Source: Candidatus Methylomirabilota bacterium
Lineage (GTDB): Bacteria > Methylomirabilota > Methylomirabilia > Rokubacteriales > CSP1-6
NCBI GenBank assembly: GCA_046726415.1
Contig: JBKPAK010000185.1
Location: 1 to 13,602, forward strand
Direction: 5' to 3'
DNA length: 13,602 nt
Positions 1 to 7,299 of this stretch are shown in pieces. Under the pieces are notes generated by a model. The model did no database searches. It had not been told where the DNA came from and saw only the letters and a program-made list of their open reading frames with translations. Both the position numbers and the translations under genes were made by a program. Positions within the stretch are counted from its first letter, which is position 1, and each line of letters begins with the position of its first letter.

Positions 1-1
1 C

Positions 2-196
2 GAGATTTCCTGCTCGGAGTGCTTCGATCTCGTGCCGCAGTACGTGGATCTCGAGGTCGCGGGCCAGACCAGCGAGGCGATTCTCCCCCGGCTGCAGCAG
101 CACCTGGGGCAGTGCGGCGTCTGCCGCGAGGAATACGAGGTGCTGCGCGACCTCGTCCGGCTCGACGCCGACGGCCGCCTGCCAGCCGCCGACTGA
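2..196 (+). CDS. 3' part of zinc-binding anti-sigma factor (ZAS / zf-HC2 type), truncated by window edge
   Basis: Not in the ORF track. Frame 2 reads EISCSECFDLVPQYVDLEVAGQTSEAILPRLQQHLGQCGVCREEYEVLRDLVRLDADGRLPAAD*, with the HxxxCxxC motif (HLGQCGVC) and an upstream Cys. Confidence 0.85.
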   Translation, partial: EISCSECFDLVPQYVDLEVAGQTSEAILPRLQQHLGQCGVCREEYEVLRDLVRLDADGRLPAAD

Positions 197-265
197 CCGG
201 CGGCACCGTCGCGCCCTTTCGCTCCACGTAAGAATCCCCGTCGCCGCGTCTCTAACGGTGGAGTC

Positions 266-538
266 ATGCGCAGGCCGCTGACCGCTCGCTGTGATTACTG
301 CCGGAAGCTCCTCCGCGCGGGCCGAAGCCTGGCCGGCCTCGGCGGCACGCAGTTCGATACGGTCACCTGCCGGAAGGCGTACGTGAACACGCAGGAGTTG
401 AAGGGTCTTCAGAACGGCGTGCGCGTCGCCCGATCGCGGCTGAAAGCCGCCGTGATCGGGCGCGCGGGCGGCGCTTACCGTCGCCTCGGTGGCCGAGACT
501 GGCCTCTGGTGGAGCGCCTGCTTCGATCGCTGCTGTAA
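266..538 (+). CDS. small basic hypothetical protein with possible metal-binding motif
   Basis: GGAG upstream of ATG; co-oriented with neighbours; CDYC...FDTVTC pattern reminiscent of TRASH/FCS-type fingers. Confidence 0.55.
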   Translation: MRRPLTARCDYCRKLLRAGRSLAGLGGTQFDTVTCRKAYVNTQELKGLQNGVRVARSRLKAAVIGRAGGAYRRLGGRDWPLVERLLRSLL

Positions 539-653
539 CGCGCGCTCGATTTCGCGCGCGATTCATGCGGGAAAACGCGCGCGGTTGGTAACGTTGACCC
601 GCCGGTCCTCGGTTGGCCCACTTAAGAAGTAACAGACCCGTCGGAGGACAACC

Positions 654-1838
654 ATGCCCTCAGTGATTCCACGCATCGTCCTGTTGGTGACGTCGCTCCT
701 GGTTCTAGCGGTCGCGGTGACGCTCGGGGTGGCGAAGACATCGCGCGCGAAACCAGCCGTGGCTCCCGCTGATGGCCGATCGATTTTCCGGTTCGACACC
801 TTCGGTGACGAACAGTTCTGGACCGATACGCTGCAACTCCACACCGTGATCCAATCGTCCATCAGCCCGGTGATCGCGCTCGGCGTCGGACTCAGAGTCG
901 ACGCGTCCGCTCTCCCGCCGGGCTTCCTCGGTAGGCACGACCTGAACGATCCGGCCACGACGGTGGAGCTGATCCGCCTCAATGCGGTCGTGGGCGTGGT
1001 CGGCAAGGTCACCGGCGGTCGGCTGAAGTCGGTGGGCATCACGTGCGCGCTCTGCCATTCGACGGTCGACGACTCGGTGACGACGGGCGTCGGCAACCGA
1101 CTCGACGGCTGGGCGAATCGCGATCTCGACCCTGGTGCGATCATCGCGCTTTCGCCCGTGCTGACCGCTGCGCAGAAGGCGATCTACAACTCGTGGGGCC
1201 CCGGGAAGTACGACGCGCGCTTCAACATCGACGGCATCAGCCTGCCCGCCGTCATTCCGCCGGCGTTCGGCCTGCAGGGCGTCGGGTTCGAGACCTTCAC
1301 CGGCGACGGACCGATCTCGTACTGGAACAACTACGTCGCCGTCACCCAGATGGGCGGTCATGGCAGCTTCTCGGATCCGCGCATCGGCGTGAGCGTCACG
1401 CAGGAGCCGGACCTCGTCCCTCCCAAGCTGCCGGCCCTCCTTCAGTACCAGCTGAGCCTGAAGACGCCCCCGCCACCGCCGGGCAGCTTCGATCCGCAGG
1501 CGGCGAAGCGCGGAGAGAGGCTCTTCAAAGGTAAGGCCGCATGCGCCGCGTGCCACATTCCGCCGACGTTCACGGATGTTCTCGCCGGCGGCGATCCCAC
1601 GGTTCCGCTCCTTCACGAGCCCGACGCCGTGGGCACCGAGCCGGTCTATGCCTCCCGCAGCGCGACCAAGCGGTACCGCACGACGCCGCTTCGCGCGTTG
1701 TGGCAGCATCCGCCGTACTTTCACGACGGCAGCGCGGCTGATCTCCCCGCCGTCGTCGATCACTACGACACGTCCTTCGGGCTGGGCCTGAACGTCAGGC
1801 AGAAGGCGGATCTCGTCGAATTCCTGAAAACACTCTGA
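654..1838 (+). CDS. exported di-heme cytochrome c (bCCP/MauG/RoxA-superfamily-like)
   Basis: SD GGAGG before ATG; hydrophobic N-terminal signal/anchor; two CxxCH motifs (CALCH, CAACH); C-terminal TTPLR..PPYFHDGS motif of di-heme peroxidase-like proteins. Confidence 0.88.
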   Translation: MPSVIPRIVLLVTSLLVLAVAVTLGVAKTSRAKPAVAPADGRSIFRFDTFGDEQFWTDTLQLHTVIQSSISPVIALGVGLRVDASALPPGFLGRHDLNDPATTVELIRLNAVVGVVGKVTGGRLKSVGITCALCHSTVDDSVTTGVGNRLDGWANRDLDPGAIIALSPVLTAAQKAIYNSWGPGKYDARFNIDGISLPAVIPPAFGLQGVGFETFTGDGPISYWNNYVAVTQMGGHGSFSDPRIGVSVTQEPDLVPPKLPALLQYQLSLKTPPPPPGSFDPQAAKRGERLFKGKAACAACHIPPTFTDVLAGGDPTVPLLHEPDAVGTEPVYASRSATKRYRTTPLRALWQHPPYFHDGSAADLPAVVDHYDTSFGLGLNVRQKADLVEFLKTL

Positions 1839-1872
1839 GCGCGCTCACTGGGTGCCCGCGGCTGGATCGACG

Positions 1873-2146
1873 GTGATCGGCGCGGAAGTCCACCGAGCAG
1901 CATGGCGTCGCCGACGAAGCCAGGTCCGTCATCCGGCAGATCGATCACGCTCGGGCCTACGCTGCGGCGAAGGACTGGACCGTCAATGACGAGCACGTCT
2001 TCGCAGACGACGGTATCAGGGGCGCGGAATTCACGACGCGGCCGGGCTGCGGCGACTCATGAATTCCCTCCGTGGGCGGCGCCCGCCGTTCCAAGTCCTC
2101 ACCATGAGCGAGAAGTCGCGGCTCGGACGGGAACAGCTTGAGACCG
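1873..2146 (+). pseudogene. serine recombinase (large serine integrase-type) N-terminal catalytic-domain fragment
   Basis: From 1880: ARKSTEQHGVADEARSVIRQIDHARAYAAAKDWTVNDEHVFADDGIRGAEFTTRPG, then frameshift at ~2047 to LRRLMNSLRGRRPPFQVLTMSEKSRLGREQLET. Resolvase motifs (Y)ARxS, DxGxxG, RPG and SRLGR are present. GTG 1873 is out of frame and the gene is truncated after ~90 codons. Confidence 0.88.
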
Positions 2147-2173
2147 AGGCCCGGCCCTCAGCCGCCGGCCACC

Positions 2174-2469
2174 GTGGATCCCCGTGAATTTCTGTACTGA
2201 ACCCCCGAGGAGTCTGCCAACGAGCTCCGGGTGAGCGTCAAGACGATCTACCGGTGGGCCGCTCAGGACAGTACGCTCCCTCAGCTCGCCTGGGCACAGG
2301 GAAGGGCTCAACACTACGTTTCCCTCTTGAAAGGACCTTGAAGTGGTTGCGCCAGCGCGAGGGTCAATTGACCGAGCGTCCGTTCCGGAAACTGATGCCC
2401 TCTCGCCGTGAACCCCCTGATTTTGTTGCCATCCCATCGGAGCGCCACGGGGCATGCGCCAATTCATGA
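2174..2469 (+). pseudogene. excisionase-like winged-helix (HTH_17) DNA-binding protein remnant
   Basis: VDPREFLY*TPEESANELRVSVKTIYRWAAQDSTLP with in-frame TGA at 2198-2200, then frameshift near 2285 to RLGTGKGSTLRFPLERTLKWLRQRE. Confidence 0.78.
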
Positions 2470-2636
2470 GTCATTAGGCCGACGAAACTTCTGAAGGCCA
2501 ACGACTAATGCATCATGATTGACGAAATAACGGTACCCGGATTCGATTGCGAATTCATAGGAGTCCCGTTTCCTCCCGCCACGCCCCCCCGGGCCGCAGT
2601 CACCTGTCTTTTACAATTACAGGGCTCGGTGATGTA

Positions 2637-2665
2637 GGGCTTCGGTGAGAGGCCTCCCGAAGTCC
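2637..2665. repeat. hairpin / REP-like inverted repeat
   Basis: GGGCTTCGG-T-GAG-AGGC-CTC-CCGAAGTCC; one G-U pair when read on the + strand. Confidence 0.5.
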
Positions 2666-2738
2666 ATTCCAACGAAAAGCGGGTTCCCGACCGCTGAACC
2701 GGGCCCACGTCATCCGGGCGGTGGCGATGCTCGCGTGA

Positions 2739-2775
2739 GCGGGCCTGACTAGTCAAGGGCCCGCGCCATGCGGGC
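2739..2775. other. GC-rich hairpin downstream of the peptidase operon (possible terminator or stabiliser)
   Basis: GCGGGCC (2739-2745) pairs with GGCCCGC (2758-2764) around palindrome TGACTAGTCA. Alternative stem GCCCGC/GCGGGC at 2759-2775. No U-tract. Confidence 0.35.
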
Positions 2776-2824
2776 GTGCCTCGTCCACCGAATCGCGCCG
2801 CTCCGCAACCTGAGATGACCGGAC

Positions 2825-3049
2825 CTATTTCTTACGGCCCTTCTTGATATGATCCTTCTTGATCCGGTTGTGAAGAGCGGTTGGATCAAGGCGCGCGACG
2901 TCGTCGTCGATCTCGACCTGTACGACCTTTTGCCTTGGTCCGGCCACGAGCATGACTTGTTCCGGGCCCGATTCGCCCGCCCTGTGGCTCACCTGCCACG
3001 TGCCCAGGACATCTCCCTTGTCGTTGACAAGGACGTGAAGTATTGGCAT
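2825..3049 (-). CDS. 74-aa hypothetical protein, third gene of peptidase operon
   Basis: TAAGGAGGGAGGCG-ATG: strong SD directly after the upstream stop. Start revised from 3082 to 3049 (MPILHVLVNDKGDVLGTW...IKKGRKK). Confidence 0.8.
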   Translation of the reverse strand: MPILHVLVNDKGDVLGTWQVSHRAGESGPEQVMLVAGPRQKVVQVEIDDDVARLDPTALHNRIKKDHIKKGRKK

Positions 3050-3060
3050 CGCCTCCCTCC

Positions 3061-3309
3061 TTAGAACCCCCCGCCGCGCCATTGAAAACTGACGGTGACC
3101 GATCCGTTATTCACAACCGTTGCGAAGTACGTGAGGTGGCCGTTGCTGTCGAGGCTCTCGGCGATCTGCGTTGTTGCGAGCTCTCCCGAGGCGCCGAGCG
3201 GCTCGGCTTGGATCAGCTGCGGTCCGACGTCGCCATTGCCTCCCCAACTGAACCACCATTCCTGACTTGTACCGGGGGCGATCGTGCCCAACCCTGCTGT
3301 CCACGCCAT
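3061..3309 (-). CDS. 82-aa beta-rich protein; free-standing paralog of the upstream peptidase C-terminal domain
   Basis: GAGAGGAGGAGTG-ATG SD; 62/80 residues identical without gaps to the domain at 3323-3565. Confidence 0.92.
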   Translation of the reverse strand: MAWTAGLGTIAPGTSQEWWFSWGGNGDVGPQLIQAEPLGASGELATTQIAESLDSNGHLTYFATVVNNGSVTVSFQWRGGGF

Positions 3310-3565
3310 CACTCCTCCTCTCTCATCGTCCGCCGCCTCGCCATTGGAAGTTGACCGCGACCGATCCCTTGTTCACGACCGTGGCGTGGTACGTGAGGTG
3401 ACCGCTCGCGTCACGGTCCACGGCGATTTGCGTCGTCGCCAACTGGCTCGGCGCGTTGAGTGGCTCGGCTTGGATCAGTTGCGGCCCCACATCGCCGTCG
3501 CCTCCCCAGCTGAACCACCACTCTTGACTCGCATGGGGCGCGATCGTCCCCGAGCCGGCGGTCCA
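3061..3565 (-). repeat. diverged tandem duplication (243-bp coding units, 262-bp period)
   Basis: 3323-3565 versus 3061-3303 are collinear with many third-position changes. Confidence 0.95.
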
Positions 3566-4597
3566 GAACGGGCCGGAACGATTCCAGAGGTCGACCTCTC
3601 CACTCGGCAGATCATCGTCGAATCGGAGCGTGTGCTGACCACATTCTGTGGCGGCGTCGGTGATCGTCCAAGCCAGCGAGGGGCGGGTCGTGCCCGTCTG
3701 GATGTCGATCTCCGACATCGCCGTCTTGGGTGTGTCCGGATAGTCGGAACATTTCGTGATCCCGTAGCACTCGAGCGTCTCGACGCACCAGGTGAGTTGC
3801 GGAACGTTCTGTATCGCTAGGTTTGTATTGGCGATACCCTGGAACTGCGAGTTGTAGCTGAAGCCCGCAGCCGACTGGCCGGTCAGCGTCATCACCCCGA
3901 CGAGGACATCTCCCGGGTTCACTCCAACGAGCGTTGAGTGGAACGCAGAGCCATCGAACCCGACGTACCAACTGGCGACGGCCCAGTTGTTCCCCCCTCC
4001 GGCACCGGAAGGGCCCCACTGCAGGACAGGCTGGTAGATACCCCATGAGTTCTGGATCCCATTGAAGAGGAAAACGGTTTGACCTGAGCTCGATGGCGGC
4101 GCAGGGGGCACAGTCCATGTCGTTGTAAAGAATGAAACGGGGTTGCCTGTTCCGTTCGCCCAGGACGCATAGGTGATCCATCCGGAACCGAAGGCGGGGA
4201 GGGGCGCAGGTACTGCCCGAGCGTCCTGCTCAGTTCGAGGAGGATGAACCACGTTGCGCGGCATGAGAGGGATACCCGTTGGACGTATCTCGACGACTCC
4301 GAGGTCGGCGAGGACCTTTCCAGAGCGGTCCAGGATACGTTGATGACAATCCGTGAGGTCGAGCACTGCTTGAGGCGCCATGTGATGGACGAGAGACTTC
4401 GGCCGGAGGCCTCCTGGAGTGATCACCAGCTCCTCCGGCATGGACGCCCTCCCTTCGCCTATGCCCTGCGCCTCGCGAACCACGACGTAGGTTCCCTCGC
4501 GCGTTCGTCGGACGGTCTCGCCGGGCGCCACCGGATACACCGAGCTCCTCCGGCGCGGGCCTCCGGGCGTGATAACGACGTCATCGCTGTTGGTCAC
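3323..4597 (-). CDS. putative glutamic peptidase (G1/eqolisin-like fold) with duplicated pro-motif and C-terminal 80-aa domain
   Basis: 424-aa ORF. Motifs GWITYASW, TTWTVPPAP, QTVFLFNGIQ, IYQPVLQWG, ASWY, GDVLVGVM and VETLECY resemble the G1 pattern (WTVP, W.GID, lQ.G, AWYE, GD.i, EWIVE) with candidate Gln/Glu dyad. Alternative ATG with strong SD at 4441. The CDS is certain; the function is inferred. Confidence 0.8.
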   Translation of the reverse strand: MTNSDDVVITPGGPRRRSSVYPVAPGETVRRTREGTYVVVREAQGIGEGRASMPEELVITPGGLRPKSLVHHMAPQAVLDLTDCHQRILDRSGKVLADLGVVEIRPTGIPLMPRNVVHPPRTEQDARAVPAPLPAFGSGWITYASWANGTGNPVSFFTTTWTVPPAPPSSSGQTVFLFNGIQNSWGIYQPVLQWGPSGAGGGNNWAVASWYVGFDGSAFHSTLVGVNPGDVLVGVMTLTGQSAAGFSYNSQFQGIANTNLAIQNVPQLTWCVETLECYGITKCSDYPDTPKTAMSEIDIQTGTTRPSLAWTITDAATECGQHTLRFDDDLPSGEVDLWNRSGPFWTAGSGTIAPHASQEWWFSWGGDGDVGPQLIQAEPLNAPSQLATTQIAVDRDASGHLTYHATVVNKGSVAVNFQWRGGGR

Positions 4598-4702
4598 AAC
4601 GAACCCCGACGGACGCCTCGTCCAAGAGCATCAACAGCGGACCTGTCCCCGCTGGTGGCTCACGGACCAAGAGGAAGGCGGAATCATGCTCCAACGCTAG
4701 CT

Positions 4703-4711
4703 ATCGTACCA
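4703..4711 (-). promoter_or_regulatory. possible extended -10 promoter element for peptidase operon
   Basis: TGGTACGAT (TGn-TAnnnT) on the minus strand ~105 bp upstream of GTG 4597; no clear -35. Confidence 0.25.
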
Positions 4712-5171
4712 AAGCAGGACTACCCGTTCACATCTGAACGGGCAAGTGGACGTGATCGTAGTCTGAGCCGTCGGTTACCTCGGATTCAGCATCGAGCTCC
4801 GCCGTGCGGCTGACGACGAAGCCCGTGCTGGCCTACGTCGTTCAGTGAGAAGGCGACGCTGTCGCGGGGGGCGGGCGGCAAGCGCCACCCGCTGACGCGT
4901 GGGGGGAGCGCCGACTTCTGAGAAGGCGAGCTTGTGTCGATAGGTTAGCGCAAGGAGTCTGCCGAAGAGACATCGGATCAGAACGCGCGCATAGTGGTCT
5001 GCTGTGCACCGGCGCTCCAGCGAGCGCCCGAACCTGTACACGGAGCCCAACCCACAAAGTCCTCCTCGCCAGCTTCCCGTGCGGCCCCAGCCGGCAGCGT
5101 AGACGACGAAGGTGCGTCTTGCGGCGCACCTCCGTCTCCGGCCGCGCGCGATCTTCGATCGCGATTCGCGT

Positions 5172-6830
5172 CTAGGGCTTGCCGAGGGCGTCCGCACCGA
5201 GGAGCGCCGGATCGTCCTGCAGATGCACATCACAGTGGAAGCTTGCCTCGTTGTTGGTGCTCCCGGCGCCGTTGTAGACGAGGACGTCGGGATATTTGCA
5301 GATCTTGCGCGTACGGGTCGCGCCGTCGCCGAGATTCTGTGTGGCGACGACGTGGTCAGGCGCGATCCCGTGCTCGACCCAGTTGACCAGGGCGTCGAAC
5401 AGCACGTTCGTGTCGATTTGCGGGCCTTTTCCACCGCCACAGTGGGCGTTGTTCGGGTACGGGAAGAAGCGGTAGAACTCCTGCAGGGCCGCCATGCCGC
5501 TGGCCGCCGACGGCTTTCCCGCGCCCGAGCCCTTCATCTTCTCGGCGGCGCGATTGTAGTAGTCGTAGCTGCCGCGCGGGAAGATCAACTGGTCGAACAG
5601 GCCGTGATACATGATCATCTTGCCGCCGCCGTTTCGGAACGCGTGGAGGTTCGCCTGGTCGGTGCCGATGGCGTCATGGAAGAGGGCCTGCGAGGTCGCG
5701 AAGTCGTTGACGAACGAGGCCTCCGTCACCGTGTGCCAGTCGAAGGTCGGATCCTGCTTGATCCAGTATCGGAAGTGGTCGACGGTAATCGAGAACGGGT
5801 TGGTGCCCGCCAGGCCGCTCAGCGACGCGCCTCGCTCGAGCCCGAACCAGATCTTATCGCCCTTGGCGTTCACCGGTCCGTTCCAGATCTTGTTGACCGC
5901 CGCCGCTTCCGCCGGGGTGAGGCAGTTCGCCGGGCCTCCGGGATTGCCGGTGCAGACGAACGCGGTGGCATCGTAGTGACACTGGCGAGGGTCCTGAAGG
6001 ATCCCGTCCATGATGCCGTCGATGGCATCGCAGGCAGCGATCGAGGCATTGGTCACGGCCGCGAGCTTGGCGGTCGAGATCGGGCCGCCGAGGTCCTGGA
6101 ACATCACGATCTGAGGCCAGAGCTCGGAGGGGATGAAGCGGTCCCAGTTGAAGGCCGGCGCGCCTGCGAGGATACCGTCGTAGTCCTTCGGGAACGTCTG
6201 CGCCTGCTGATGGCCTTGACGCCCACCCGTGGAGCAGCCCGTCCAGTATCGACGGGTCGGGGCGCTTCCATAGTACGTGTTGGCGATCGCCGTGCCCCAT
6301 ACGTGTTGCGCGTGTATGCCGTCCACCGCGAAGTCTTTGATCAATCCCCAGTTCAACGTGTTGTCCGGATTGAGCGCGAACGAACCTCCGGGTGTGGAAT
6401 GGCCGGTGTCGGTCGCCGAGCCGACATAGCCGAGATTGGTCGCCGCCGTGACGCCGCCCACCGAGCCGACATAGCCGCCGCCGCCGAGATCTCGTTGCTT
6501 GCCGTTCCAGGCTCCTTGCACGCCGCCCGTTCCGCCGTCCGCCAGGCTGAGTGGAAGTCCCACGCGGACTCTGATTTGCTCCGACTGGCCCGGCAAGTAT
6601 CCGGCCGCCTCTCCCGACTCGCTGGAGACGGTGATGTTGACCTGACAGTAGGCGGCGTTGGTCCCCGCGGCGGGAACGAGCGCGCTCGTCACCGCGCTGA
6701 GGTGAGGATTTCCGACCAGACCTAAGGCCGGATCGGTCCCGAGCGCCACGCACGTCGGCAATGCGGAGGCCGCCGTCGAGGACAGCGCCAGCGACAGCAG
6801 CACGATAGCGGAGAAGACGAGTGCGAGCAT
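5172..6830 (-). CDS. secreted tannase/feruloyl esterase family alpha/beta hydrolase
   Basis: GCSTGG nucleophile elbow, Asp in HGLFDQLI, AHCGGG (CS-D-HC motif), WNG..GGGG, TDTGH, YDGILAGAPA; signal peptide. SD GGGAGG before ATG 6830; alternative in-frame start 6917. Confidence 0.95.
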   Translation of the reverse strand: MLALVFSAIVLLSLALSSTAASALPTCVALGTDPALGLVGNPHLSAVTSALVPAAGTNAAYCQVNITVSSESGEAAGYLPGQSEQIRVRVGLPLSLADGGTGGVQGAWNGKQRDLGGGGYVGSVGGVTAATNLGYVGSATDTGHSTPGGSFALNPDNTLNWGLIKDFAVDGIHAQHVWGTAIANTYYGSAPTRRYWTGCSTGGRQGHQQAQTFPKDYDGILAGAPAFNWDRFIPSELWPQIVMFQDLGGPISTAKLAAVTNASIAACDAIDGIMDGILQDPRQCHYDATAFVCTGNPGGPANCLTPAEAAAVNKIWNGPVNAKGDKIWFGLERGASLSGLAGTNPFSITVDHFRYWIKQDPTFDWHTVTEASFVNDFATSQALFHDAIGTDQANLHAFRNGGGKMIMYHGLFDQLIFPRGSYDYYNRAAEKMKGSGAGKPSAASGMAALQEFYRFFPYPNNAHCGGGKGPQIDTNVLFDALVNWVEHGIAPDHVVATQNLGDGATRTRKICKYPDVLVYNGAGSTNNEASFHCDVHLQDDPALLGADALGKP

Positions 6831-7039
6831 TGGTGCCTCCCATCGTTGTGGCGTATGCAGAGGTGGTTGCCTCGTGTCCGGCTTAGGTGGCAACCGGGAT
6901 TTCCGATATGGACCCATGTCTCCCCTCCCTCGTGGCGTTGAACGGGCGGATCATCCCATCGCTCAGCTCGTTCATCCCTCCCCCCGGGGTGAGGGAAGTC
7001 ATGCTCGCGACGCATGAACCGTCCGCGGCCGGCCCAGCG

Positions 7040-7187
7040 GCCGCGGGCCGCAGCGTCGTGGCCGCATAGACGCTGGAGCGGGGCACCCGGAAGACCGCGC
7101 AGATCATCGTAAGCGGATACCGCCGTCCGGTCGCCGGACTCACGCCCGCCCTCATCGCCTGTGCTTCCTCCACTCGTCCGCGAAGCG
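7040..7187 (-). mobile_element. IS3-family fragment (orfA end / orfB start)
   Basis: RFADEWRKHRR* overlaps (ATGA at 7155-7152) MRAGVSPATGRRYPLTMICAVFRVPRSSVYA, a typical IS3 OrfB N-terminus (Y.l..iC.v..v.RS..Y). No integrase core. Confidence 0.65.
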
Positions 7188-7299
7188 CTTCTATGGAAAG
7201 CTGTTGCCAAATCCTTCGCCCGGATGTTCTCCGTTCTCTGTCCAACCGATCGTGTCCGTGAGCGATCTCGAGGATCACCCTCCATTCGCGGCGCCCCGG

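Noticed and set aside
19-231. 70-aa Arg/Pro-rich ORF
   Set aside because: Wrong frame; the overlapping frame encodes the ZAS motif.
538-590. CGCGCG-rich inverted repeats as a terminator
   Set aside because: Low-complexity CG alternation, imperfect stem and no U-tract.
705-1763. 352-aa antisense ORF and other ORFs overlapping the cytochrome
   Set aside because: Shadow ORFs of a high-GC gene; no motifs.
2531-2550. TCGAATCC (minus) resembling a tRNA T-loop or att core
   Set aside because: No T-stem, acceptor stem or cloverleaf can be built.
3061-3565. Duplication as a DGR template/variable repeat pair or CRISPR-like array
   Set aside because: Differences are not adenine-specific, both copies are coding, and no reverse transcriptase or cas gene is in the window.
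5112-6725. 537-aa plus-strand ORF
   Set aside because: Antisense shadow of the tannase; expected from GC3 bias.
6905-6935. ATGGACCC resembling an IS1111 subterminal repeat
   Set aside because: No matching partner repeat; equally explained by the SD/ATG at 6917.
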